The notes under the pieces: generated by a model
Databases searched by the model: none
What the model saw: the letters and a program-made list of their open reading frames with translations, nothing else
What the model was told of the DNA's origin: nothing
IMG/VR virus record: IMGVR_UViG_2061766007_000832
Length of the DNA: 22,701 nt
Origin: an uncultured virus (IMG/VR IMGVR_UViG_2061766007_000832)
Taxonomy: Duplodnaviria; Heunggongvirae; Uroviricota; Caudoviricetes
Direction: 5' to 3' (one strand)
Program-made: the position numbers and the translations under genes
Shown here: positions 8,197-15,752 of the stretch, piece after piece
How the letters are laid out: every line of letters starts with the position of its first letter
How positions within the stretch are numbered: position 1 is the first letter of the stretch

Positions 8197-9100
8197 TGCG
8201 TTTTAACTCCTCTGCGATTCTTCCTAATACGTCAGCTGCGCACGGTAATGCAATACCGTTTCCCCACATTTTATATTGTGCTGAATCGGAGCCATTTACT
8301 CCGTCACACCACCAGTCTGGGAACCCCTGAAGGCGGGCACACTCGACCGGCAAGAGACGGCGTAATACATATTTGCGTTGTTTTACTTCCATGCATGCTC
8401 CCCCTGTTTTTTCGGGTACATAGTTGCCAGTGGATCCCCGAATTTCTTGAAACGAATGTAATGCTTGTTGCAGTAAGTCAAGCCTTTTAGCGGAGCACCA
8501 CAAATCGAGCAGGTTCCCTTCCTCCTGTGAATTAGATTGTGGCAACTTCTGCATAGTCTCTGAAGATTTTCCGGTGCATTGTTCTGAGGGTTGTGATCGA
8601 TATGATGCACATCCGTCTTTCCTGCTTTCCCGCAAATCTCGCAACAGCCTTTTTCCTTCAATGCTCTTGCATACTTGTGAGTAACAGTCCAACTCGTCCC
8701 TGTTTTCGGTTTGCTTCTGTAATCCGCTTTCAGGCATTCCTTGCTGCAATATACACGTCTGTTGTACCAATTCCAACATTCCAATTCCCCATTGCTGTAC
8801 CGCTTTCTCTCCATAGGTTTCCCACAGTATTTGCAATATCGGATCTCGTGTGGCTGATATTTCATTTGCGTCCTCCTGAACGACATCAGTAAAATCTTTA
8901 TAATCACGATTTTTCAATGCGCTTGATACCCCCCCCTCAGAAATTCGGAGTGGNNNNNNNNNNNNNNNNNNNNNNNNNNNNNNNNNNNNNNNATCTCTCC
9001 TTATCACCGGAAGCATATCGTTGAATGCATCCTGTCCTGTGTAGCTCCCCGGATGGCTGTTCGCACATAAGGCTCCGGTTCTCGTTGGATATACTTTCAT
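8189..9100 (-). CDS. C5-cytosine methyltransferase, distal target-recognition modules plus C-terminal motifs IX-X (the C-terminal part may initiate separately at ATG 8392)
   Basis: RRLLPVECARLQGFPD (motif IX) and QYKMWGNGIALP (motif X); modules TGALCANSHPG and SALKNRDYKD. A 39-N gap at 8954-8992 makes frame continuity uncertain. Confidence 0.75.
   Translation of the reverse strand: MKVYPTRTGALCANSHPGSYTGQDAFNDMLPVIRRDXXXXXXXXXXXXXPLRISEGGVSSALKNRDYKDFTDVVQEDANEISATRDPILQILWETYGEKAVQQWGIGMLELVQQTCILQQGMPESGLQKQTENRDELDCYSQVCKSIEGKRLLRDLRESRKDGCASYRSQPSEQCTGKSSETMQKLPQSNSQEEGNLLDLWCSAKRLDLLQQALHSFQEIRGSTGNYVPEKTGGACMEVKQRKYVLRRLLPVECARLQGFPDWWCDGVNGSDSAQYKMWGNGIALPCAADVLGRIAEELKRNE
8383..8865 (-). 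CDS. HNH endonuclease nested in the MTase reading frame
   Basis: CAGGAGG RBS then ATG 8865; CEICG..DVHHIDHNPQNNAPENLQRLCRSCHNLIH plus extra Cys clusters. Confidence 0.9.
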   Translation of the reverse strand: MKYQPHEIRYCKYCGKPMERKRYSNGELECWNWYNRRVYCSKECLKADYRSKPKTGTSWTVTHKYARALKEKGCCEICGKAGKTDVHHIDHNPQNNAPENLQRLCRSCHNLIHRRKGTCSICGAPLKGLTYCNKHYIRFKKFGDPLATMYPKKQGEHAWK

Positions 9101-9648
9101 AAATCACGTATCCTCTGCCCCCCCCTTGGCCAGCGTACAGTGTCATCCATGCACCATCAGCGGTGTATATCTGTCTGCTCTGTACATCCCACGGTGTCAT
9201 GCAATTCGTTTTTTTCATCGTTACTCCTTATCAGTACTAACGGTACGTTGCCCCCCCCTGTACCCATGTGAGCTTCCATCGTAGGAAATATGTCCAAAGG
9301 CTGGTAACTGTGCCGCCTACTGTGATCTATGACAACTACTTCATAGCAGACGGCGTGGTGGTCAATCGTGTTCAATGTGTACGATGCCCCCCCTCACTCC
9401 ATCCGCAGCCGTTGCAGCCATCGGTGTCGCATCGGTCTATGCCGTTGGCTTGCAGACATATAACCTTCTTTTCTTCAAGTATCAATGCTGCATCGCCCCC
9501 CCACCATAGTGATAACCAAGTGTCAGCGTTGCGCTTTTATCGTCCTCTGTGTATTCAGTGCAATTCGCCGTCTTTGGTCTGAAACAGGCAACAGGAATTA
9601 CCACATAATTCCTTGAGTCATTGCTCAATGTATGGCACACCCCCCCCC
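8929..9648 (-). repeat. Six poly-G tracts (G9, G7, G7, G8, G8, G8)
   Basis: Plus-strand C runs at 9640-9648, 9496-9502, 9387-9393, 9251-9258, 9118-9125 and 8929-8936. Confidence 0.95.
8937..9218 (-). CDS. MTase target-recognition module as a separate ORF (3' end uncertain because of the gap)
   Basis: AAGGAG RBS; MTPWDVQSRQIY...WMTLYAGQGGGRGYV. Confidence 0.6.
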   Translation of the reverse strand: MKKTNCMTPWDVQSRQIYTADGAWMTLYAGQGGGRGYVIYESISNENRSLMCEQPSGELHRTGCIQRYASGDKERXXXXXXXXXXXXXXTPNF

Positions 9649-9722
9649 ACCGGATTTGAATAGTTCAGCGGTGAAGTGATTGAATCTCCACGGAAGCAAG
9701 TTGGTTTTACTCTGTCATCCAT
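9157..9722 (-). CDS. MTase target-recognition array (4 modules), frameshifted at three poly-G tracts; 188 aa if all tracts are G8
   Basis: Hand translation: ITSPLNYSNP-[G9]-CHTL; SATLTLGYHYG-[G7]-DAALIL; CLQANGIDR..GWSE-[G7]-SYTLNTIDHHAV; FPTMEAHMGT-[G8]-NVPLV. As given, it stops after 34 aa at 9618. Confidence 0.7.
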
Positions 9723-10435
9723 CTGAACCAACCACTTCCATCAGGGCATCCTGCAACATACTTGGCAGCGTTTTCCCTCGCTTTTCTGCTCTCCGCAGGA
9801 TTCCAGCACACGCTTTCTGACTTAAAGAGTATTTCTCCGGCACGTTCGCTTGCAAAATCTGCGATAAGGTAGATTCTCTTACGACGCTGGGGCACTCCCC
9901 AGTATTGAGCATCGTAGAGTCTCCAGGCAATGCTGAAACCGTTTCCCACAATGGTTCCTGAGTGAGACCACCTGCCATGTGGAGGTTTAGGTACAAGAAT
10001 GTCGGATCCTGCTGCTTCACAGAAAGCTTGCAGGACTGCCCTGAAGTCTTCCCCTTTGTTTGAGCTGAATGCTCCTGGGACGTTTTCCCAGACAGCAAAT
10101 CGAGGATACTTATTTGCTGATACCCCTCGCATTTCTCTGATAATTCTAATTGCTTCAAAGAACAAACTGCTCCTTTCTCCGTCATGTAGTCCCGCCTGTT
10201 TCCCAGCGACTGAAAGGTCCTGACATGGGCTGCCGAATGTGATGATGTCAACAGGTTCAATGTCGGCACCGTTTATATCTGTCACGCTTCCAAGATGTTT
10301 CATGTTCGGGAAGCGTTGCGTTGTTACAGCTATTGGAAATGGTTCAATCTCGCTTGCCCATACAGGTTCGATTCCATACATGGCACCGGCAAGAGGAAAA
10401 CCACCGGATCCATCGAAGAGACTTCCGAGTTTCAT
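9707..10435 (-). CDS. C5-cytosine DNA methyltransferase, catalytic N-terminal polypeptide (motifs I-VIII)
   Basis: LFDGSGG, ASEIE, FGSPCQDLS, WENVPG and GVPQRRKRIY motifs; ends before the TRD and motifs IX-X. Confidence 0.95.
   Translation of the reverse strand: MKLGSLFDGSGGFPLAGAMYGIEPVWASEIEPFPIAVTTQRFPNMKHLGSVTDINGADIEPVDIITFGSPCQDLSVAGKQAGLHDGERSSLFFEAIRIIREMRGVSANKYPRFAVWENVPGAFSSNKGEDFRAVLQAFCEAAGSDILVPKPPHGRWSHSGTIVGNGFSIAWRLYDAQYWGVPQRRKRIYLIADFASERAGEILFKSESVCWNPAESRKARENAAKYVAGCPDGSGWFRWMTE
9715..10269 (-). CDS. Overlapping-frame MTase accessory polypeptide, M.EcoHK31I-beta-like (start uncertain)
   Basis: Alternative frame inside the MTase gene ending ESTLSQILQANVPEKYSLSQKACAGILRRAEKRGKTLP, resembling the EcoHK31I beta subunit. 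Confidence 0.7.
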   Translation of the reverse strand: MPTLNLLTSSHSAAHVRTFQSLGNRRDYMTEKGAVCSLKQLELSEKCEGYQQISILDLLSGKTSQEHSAQTKGKTSGQSCKLSVKQQDPTFLYLNLHMAGGLTQEPLWETVSALPGDSTMLNTGECPSVVRESTLSQILQANVPEKYSLSQKACAGILRRAEKRGKTLPSMLQDALMEVVGSDG

Positions 10436-10659
10436 TGACTCACACTCCCTGTGATCGGATTGAATTTGACGGCTTTACCGCCTGAAGCTTTTGCTACCTT
10501 TTCAGCTTTCCGAAGATCGGGAATGCGCAAGGCATCGTATTTGTTTTCGGACAGTCTGCACATTCCCGTATCCTCGTACGCAACGGATATCAGATAGACA
10601 TTCCCGTATTGGATGATGTACGTATCAAAGTCTTCTACTTTCATTTGCGGTTGTGTCAC
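10432..10659 (-). CDS. Hypothetical phage protein (~75 aa)
   Basis: ATGA-coupled to the MTase; KYDA...AEKVA...FNP pattern. Confidence 0.7.
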   Translation of the reverse strand: MTQPQMKVEDFDTYIIQYGNVYLISVAYEDTGMCRLSENKYDALRIPDLRKAEKVAKASGGKAVKFNPITGSVSQ

Positions 10660-10673
10660 TCTTTTATGTAGTA
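10657..10673. promoter_or_regulatory. 17-bp operator-like site
   Basis: CACTCTTTTATGTAGTA; matches the TACT-N9-AGTA family. Confidence 0.5.
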
Positions 10674-10689
10674 ATAGTTTTAAAAAAAA

Positions 10690-10857
10690 TTACTTCTTCT
10701 TTTCTTCCCTGATCATTTCGTTCCACTTGTCTCCGGCTTGTTCAAGTGTCTCTCCGGGCATCTGTCGAAAGCACGATGGGCATTGAACCCATACGATGGA
10801 GTCCTCTTCCCATACTTCGGGCTTTGTTCCGCATGTACATTTCATCAACTTACTCAT
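10690..10857 (-). CDS. Lar-like (restriction alleviation) zinc-finger protein
   Basis: LMKCTCG..P...VQCPSC...EQAGDKWN pattern. Confidence 0.6.
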   Translation of the reverse strand: MSKLMKCTCGTKPEVWEEDSIVWVQCPSCFRQMPGETLEQAGDKWNEMIREEKKK

Positions 10858-10880
10858 AGGTTGTTCATTTCCTTCCTTGT

Positions 10881-11063
10881 TCATACGCTCATTATCCTTA
10901 CGACTGCGAATATAAGCAGCCCAAACAGTGTGAGCGGAACAATCCAACTGTCAACCCAGTACTCGACGATGTCCCAGCGCTTTGCTTTCTCTTCGCATAT
11001 AGGGCAGACCTGCCGTCCCTCTGGGATGATCCGTCCACAGCATACACAGCGATTGTCATTCAT
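10881..11063 (-). CDS. Small zinc-ribbon protein with C-terminal TM helix (60 aa)
   Basis: CVCCGRIIPEGRQVCPIC; hydrophobic tail; AAAGGAAG RBS. Confidence 0.7.
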   Translation of the reverse strand: MNDNRCVCCGRIIPEGRQVCPICEEKAKRWDIVEYWVDSWIVPLTLFGLLIFAVVRIMSV

Positions 11064-11101
11064 GCGTCACACTTCCTTTCATAACAAAATACATGCCTGA
11101 A

Positions 11102-11182
11102 TTATTTTTTGCGATTTCTGCTCAATAATGCAAATGCATAGATCGGGGAAAGAATGAAAAGGATTAAAAGTATTTTGTCCAT
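11102..11182 (-). CDS. 26-aa hydrophobic membrane peptide
   Basis: GAAAGGAG RBS; MDKILLILFILSPIYAFALLSRNRKK. Confidence 0.65.
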   Translation of the reverse strand: MDKILLILFILSPIYAFALLSRNRKK

Positions 11183-11199
11183 TGTGTTGTCTCCTTTCA

Positions 11200-11496
11200 T
11201 CAGTCACACGATGTGCCGACATTAATGTACGCATACTCGTTGTCAAACCAGAACCCGTACACTCCGTACCCGCACTGCCATGTTGTTGCGATCCCTTTGT
11301 TCCGCCTGTCGAGCATGTCCATCAGCGTGTCGCCGGCTTCATGGTGTTCCATGCTTTTCAGTTCAGATAACTCTCCTTCCAGAAAGTTGCCGATCCGCAT
11401 GACTCGCATCCGGCTTCCGCTTGCCAGAGATTTCGCTTCCTCAATTGACAGCGGTTGTACTTCAGAACCTTCAACGAATGCTTTGTTAACCACCAT
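11200..11496 (-). CDS. Hypothetical phage protein (98 aa)
   Basis: GAGGAG upstream; overlaps the preceding gene. Confidence 0.65.
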   Translation of the reverse strand: MVVNKAFVEGSEVQPLSIEEAKSLASGSRMRVMRIGNFLEGELSELKSMEHHEAGDTLMDMLDRRNKGIATTWQCGYGVYGFWFDNEYAYINVGTSCD

Positions 11497-11722
11497 TTTC
11501 TTTTCTCCTCTTCATGTTCTCATCGTTCAGATAGTCCATGATTCCGGCGAGCAGGTATATTGCGAGCTTATTTTCACCTGCTTTTACGCTCGCATCACCG
11601 CAGTCCTGGGCTGTCTGCTTCCACCACTCGTCTGTGTCTTCAGGCGGGAAGTGTGCGTTAAGAAAATCAAAAGCCACCCTGAACATCTTGGGATGCAGAG
11701 CAGCGTACTCTTCCGGTGTCAT
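11486..11722 (-). CDS. Hypothetical phage protein (78 aa)
   Basis: AGGTGA RBS; MTPEEYAALHPK... Confidence 0.7.
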   Translation of the reverse strand: MTPEEYAALHPKMFRVAFDFLNAHFPPEDTDEWWKQTAQDCGDASVKAGENKLAIYLLAGIMDYLNDENMKRRKENGG

Positions 11723-11782
11723 CCGGTATCACCTACTTGTAAACTCATCGTACGATGCCTCCTATAACTTTCTTGTGTGGTA

Positions 11783-11811
11783 ATTATACTACATTAAACA
11801 GTAAAATAAAA
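11783..11811 (-). promoter_or_regulatory. Putative promoter with 17-bp operator-like site
   Basis: TTTTAT-N17-TATAAT; TACT-N9-AGTA at 11787-11803, in the same register as at 4739. Confidence 0.6.
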
Positions 11812-11834
11812 GTTAAAAAAGTGTTACGTGGCAG

Positions 11835-12158
11835 TCACCTCAAGTCAACCTCTCTTCTGTGCAGTCTTCCTTTTTCGTCACGGATTGCAATTGCCTGTTT
11901 GAACGGCTTTTCAGGAATCTCACTACATATGACTGTAATTCCTTCCGCTGTTATGCTCATGCTGGACCGGAGTGCCCCGGTAGAAGATCTCAAATTCTTT
12001 TCCTCTTTTACGATTACACCGTTTTCTGTATCGCAGTACATGCACCTGCCATGCTTCGGAAGAGGAGCACCACAGTTCTTGCAGTTGGTTCGTAGCACTT
12101 CTTCATTATCGTTAGGATATTGAGCAATTATTTTACCATCTGCATACAGCACGTTCAT
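11835..12158 (-). CDS. Zinc-ribbon protein (107 aa)
   Basis: AAAGGAG RBS before ATG 12158; TNCKNCGAPL...CMYCDT. Confidence 0.7.
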   Translation of the reverse strand: MNVLYADGKIIAQYPNDNEEVLRTNCKNCGAPLPKHGRCMYCDTENGVIVKEEKNLRSSTGALRSSMSITAEGITVICSEIPEKPFKQAIAIRDEKGRLHRREVDLR

Positions 12159-12163
12159 TATGA

Positions 12164-12337
12164 CTACTCCTTTAAAAATGCTTTTCCGCAATGTCTGCAT
12201 ACAAGGCAAGTCACTTTCTGACACTTGTTGAACGTCAGCCATATGTTAAACTCTTTAGATTCAAGGTCATGCCCATACATAAGGCACTCCAGTTTCTTCC
12301 ATGCCCGGTTGATCCTTTGCCATATCAGCTTCAGCAT
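12164..12337 (-). CDS. Small Cys/His protein (57 aa), DUF1660-like
   Basis: GGAGGTG RBS; hand translation MLKLIWQR...ECLMYGHD...VCRHCGKAFLKE. Confidence 0.65.
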   Translation of the reverse strand: MLKLIWQRINRAWKKLECLMYGHDLESKEFNIWLTFNKCQKVTCLVCRHCGKAFLKE

Positions 12338-12897
12338 TGTTTCACCTCCACACAGTCCATCATACAGTCTTCAGCAAATTGTCTTGCGGTCGGTAGTAAT
12401 TCCACAGCCTTGCAGAAGTCCTCATCCCACTCACCGTATGTCCTCGGTCTCTTCTCGTCACGTATATCCTCCAGCCGACGAACAATATCGTCAGCCAACA
12501 GGGCCATGTTGAACAGCATACGCTTTACCCAAGCTTCATGCTCGACTGCATTCTTTCGCATTTTAAGGGCGTTTTTAGCTCGTTCGGCTTCAGCTGGGCT
12601 GATCTTCGTTTCAAGGTCGAGACCGAGACGGAAGGTATCAGAGAACCACTGCAAGCATTGCTTATACGACATATCCGAGTAATAGTTTCTAACTAAAGAA
12701 ATTACATCGCCAGCTGACTTACATACCCAACACATATATCCACGATTTCCGGAATATAATTTCATGTTATACCCATCGCCGTTATGTAATGGGCATTTAC
12801 ATCTACCATGGCGAATGTCCCATCCAAGAGCCTGTCCAACGTCCAGGGCGGACACAGATTGCTTGATGGTATCTGCGAAAAGATTGTACTTATTCAT
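12331..12897 (-). CDS. CHC2 zinc-finger primase-related protein (no TOPRIM domain)
   Basis: CKCPLHNG...YMCWVC..AGDVISLV. Confidence 0.85.
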   Translation of the reverse strand: MNKYNLFADTIKQSVSALDVGQALGWDIRHGRCKCPLHNGDGYNMKLYSGNRGYMCWVCKSAGDVISLVRNYYSDMSYKQCLQWFSDTFRLGLDLETKISPAEAERAKNALKMRKNAVEHEAWVKRMLFNMALLADDIVRRLEDIRDEKRPRTYGEWDEDFCKAVELLPTARQFAEDCMMDCVEVKQC

Positions 12898-13672
12898 ATA
12901 TCTGTTGCCATCTCATTCCATAGGATACACGATTTAATCGAGCAGCTTTTGCAATACAGCTTACGTTATATCCATATTTTTCAGCAGCAGCTGATGCACT
13001 CGGAAAAACTTCTCCTGTATCAACGCAACGAATTGGGATGCCATGTCCACCATTTCTGTGAGTTCTTTTTTTTAATGCATCAACAATATTCATTCCTTTG
13101 CTTACTCTTGTTTGCACTGTTCCGGGATTCAAACCATATTCTTCTGCCCATTCTGTCATACTTTTTGTTACACCATTGATTGTGAAGAATCTACATCTAC
13201 TTGTATTATTATGTTGCTTTTTCTCTGTAACCCATCTGCAATTGTTTGGTTCATAATTTCCATCATTATTAATTCGGTCTATGGAAAGACCGTCAGCATA
13301 TCCATTTGCAATTGCCCATCTTGCAAAAGGAACATAGTCTTTCCATTCATCACATACAGTAATTCCTCTTCCGCCATAACGACTATAACATTTATGATTT
13401 GGGTCATTGCATCGTTTAAGCATACCGTGCCATATATAGCGTAATCTTTTGATTCTCACATCTACAGGATACTTTTGTGTTTGGTTTTTTACGCATTCAT
13501 CTCGTAAACATCCGCAACTTCTTGTTGCACCTCTCATAAGATCGAAACCTTTTACTATTTTCTCCTTTCCGCATTTACATTTGCATAACCATAACGTTCT
13601 ATAATTTTTGCTTCCTGCATATTGAATTACGGTAAGTCTTCCGAATTGCTTGCCAATCAGTGAAAGCTTCAA
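12890..13672 (-). CDS. Free-standing HNH homing endonuclease with C-terminal NUMOD1/IENR1-like domain
   Basis: FGRLTV, WLCKCKCG, RSCGC, YGGRGITVCDEW, SIDRINNDGNYEPNNCRW, IRCVDTGEVFPS; probable TTG start at 13672; AT-rich. Confidence 0.9.
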   Translation of the reverse strand: MKLSLIGKQFGRLTVIQYAGSKNYRTLWLCKCKCGKEKIVKGFDLMRGATRSCGCLRDECVKNQTQKYPVDVRIKRLRYIWHGMLKRCNDPNHKCYSRYGGRGITVCDEWKDYVPFARWAIANGYADGLSIDRINNDGNYEPNNCRWVTEKKQHNNTSRCRFFTINGVTKSMTEWAEEYGLNPGTVQTRVSKGMNIVDALKKRTHRNGGHGIPIRCVDTGEVFPSASAAAEKYGYNVSCIAKAARLNRVSYGMRWQQIYE

Positions 13673-13673
13673 A

Positions 13674-15074
13674 TCAAACACCTTCCTCCATTTCAGCACC
13701 AACTTTCCGGTATGTTGTCTTCCGTTTCTTAAATATTCCACAACACATACCAATGTTTTCATCCACAAAATCGTACACTACAGGAATTTCTGTTTTGCTT
13801 TCATGCACACGTCGGATTCTTCCAACGCTTTGTTCTACAATTGCAGGGTCTTTTACAGGGGAAGCCATAAACAAACGAGATAGTCTTGGAATGTCAAGTC
13901 CTTCACGGGCGATTTTATACGATCCGAATAGGTACATTTTTCTGCCGACCCGCATGTCTTCCTGTATTTTCGCTCGTTCAGTCTTTGCCTTCTTGCTCTG
14001 CATTTTCCCATCAATATATCCGACCTTCTCTTGCATATCATCCGGGAGCAGTGCAATGATTTCCTTCAGTTGATCAAGCCTGTCTGACAGAATTACGCAA
14101 CTCTGATCTTTTTCTTCGATGATCTTGCTTGCAATCAACTTGTTTCTTGTTCTGTCTGTGACAATATGCTTTAGCAGTTTTGTGTAATTAATTGTACCGT
14201 CAGGGTTCTGGCACTCATCAGTAATTTCTGTTTCAGTCAGAATCTGACGAATCTTTACCCCTGTTACTCTGCTCTGTACTTCTTCTGGAGGAATCTTATA
14301 TGCCACATTGCCAATTAATGCAAATGTTGCCTTGATCAGGCCGTCAGACCTATAATCTGTTGCAGTTAATCCAATCTTTGATCGAGCTGCAAGATGGTTC
14401 AGCACCTTCTCATACATGGTAAATGAATCATCTGACACGCATACGTTGTGTGCTTCATCAACTATGATTACATCCCAATAATCACGGAACTGTGTAAGCT
14501 CAACCTTGCACATTGTCTGGACAGTAGCGAACGTAACACCTACACCTACATTTATCCGGCCTTCTGTAATTGTACCGAACAGGCTTGGATCGATGAACTC
14601 TCCAGCAACATCCATGCTTTGTTTTATAAGGTCATGCTTGTTACACAACCACAACGTACGTCTCCGGAGTGCTTTTATCAATGCGATACCGCAGCGTGTC
14701 TTGCCGGCACCACACGGGGCCTTCAGTATTCCGTACTTGGCTTCGACCATTCCGTTTACGGCAGCTTGTTGGTAGTCAAACAACTCCATATCCTTATCGC
14801 CGTAATCAATCACCGTATCCTGCCGGAAGTCACAGAAGATTCCGGTGCCTTTCAGCATGGGCATCAGTTCCCTGATCACCCCGAACGGCAGGATCAGTGT
14901 GTTGCCGTTCCACTCATACATCCGGATGGTTCTCGGAGTCTTTCCAACCCAGAATCCCATGCGTACTTTCTTCTCATATACAGGGTTTGGGAAGTCCAGG
15001 TTCTCTTTCGCCCATGATATGATTTCCTTTGTCGGTTCATTTATGTAAATGCGATTCGCAATTGTTGTATTCAT
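13674..15074 (-). CDS. Superfamily 2 (DEAD/DEAH-like) helicase
   Basis: APCGAGKT, IVDEAH, GLTAT, EGLDIP and QSVGRIRR motifs. Confidence 0.95.
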   Translation of the reverse strand: MNTTIANRIYINEPTKEIISWAKENLDFPNPVYEKKVRMGFWVGKTPRTIRMYEWNGNTLILPFGVIRELMPMLKGTGIFCDFRQDTVIDYGDKDMELFDYQQAAVNGMVEAKYGILKAPCGAGKTRCGIALIKALRRRTLWLCNKHDLIKQSMDVAGEFIDPSLFGTITEGRINVGVGVTFATVQTMCKVELTQFRDYWDVIIVDEAHNVCVSDDSFTMYEKVLNHLAARSKIGLTATDYRSDGLIKATFALIGNVAYKIPPEEVQSRVTGVKIRQILTETEITDECQNPDGTINYTKLLKHIVTDRTRNKLIASKIIEEKDQSCVILSDRLDQLKEIIALLPDDMQEKVGYIDGKMQSKKAKTERAKIQEDMRVGRKMYLFGSYKIAREGLDIPRLSRLFMASPVKDPAIVEQSVGRIRRVHESKTEIPVVYDFVDENIGMCCGIFKKRKTTYRKVGAEMEEGV

Positions 15075-15526
15075 TCATCCTTCCCCCATACGGTTGCGGA
15101 CTCAAGCCAGTCATCGAGTCTCCATGTTTCAGTGTCAAGCATCTTCGGAGTCAGCCGTTTATGCGAACGATTCTCCAGCGTTTCAATCCTGCTCATGGAG
15201 ATTAACCGGATATCGGACAGCGGATCCTCACCTTCATCGACCGGAAGCTTCAGCGCAAAGTAGCACAGTTCGTTGCACTTCTTGGTGAACATCTTCATCG
15301 CAAGACGCTGATTCTCTTCACACCTTGTGAACGGGAATCCGTCTGACAGGTCACTGATTTCCTTGCAGTCGATCAGCGTATGGAACTTCCCCTTTACGGC
15401 GACAATGTCCGCCGGCTGTCCTTCCTTTTTCTGCTGCATTACGTGTGCCCAGAATCCGTTCTTTGCGAGGATGTTGGCAAAGTCATTCTCAAACTTATTT
15501 CCGGATGTCTTGTTGTTGTTCGGCAT
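15071..15526 (-). CDS. PD-(D/E)xK nuclease, probable Holliday-junction resolvase
   Basis: GNKFE...GFW...QPADIVAVK...LIDCK; start probably ATG 15528-region overlap with the upstream ORF. Confidence 0.8.
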   Translation of the reverse strand: MPNNNKTSGNKFENDFANILAKNGFWAHVMQQKKEGQPADIVAVKGKFHTLIDCKEISDLSDGFPFTRCEENQRLAMKMFTKKCNELCYFALKLPVDEGEDPLSDIRLISMSRIETLENRSHKRLTPKMLDTETWRLDDWLESATVWGKDE

Positions 15527-15647
15527 TCACATCACCTGCTTCTTTTTGTCTTTGTTTATCCCAGTACCTTTGTTCCATGGCTATCAACAAGTCGAGATAG
15601 CTTTCATTCATCGGAGCATTGTCTTCGTCATCAAACAGATAAGGCAT
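15495..15647 (-). CDS. Small acidic hypothetical protein (50 aa)
   Basis: AAAGGAG RBS; MPYLFDDEDNAPMNESYLDLLIAMEQRYW... Confidence 0.65.
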   Translation of the reverse strand: MPYLFDDEDNAPMNESYLDLLIAMEQRYWDKQRQKEAGDVNAEQQQDIRK

Positions 15648-15752
15648 GGTGTACTCCTTTTTCAAAGGATGCCGGATGGCAGCTCACTGTCTGCATTAAT
15701 CCGGCGAATGTTGTGATTACTAATATCAAACAACATTGTTTGTCGTAATCGG

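Noticed and set aside
9209..9215. A7 run as another slippage switch fusing TRD ORFs
   Set aside because: A good AAGGAG RBS and ATG explain the downstream ORF, and A/T runs of this length occur elsewhere in the window; not fully excluded.
12890..13672. Group I intron around the HNH gene
   Set aside because: The flanking helicase and CHC2 genes look complete and abut the HNH ORF, leaving no room for intron core structure.
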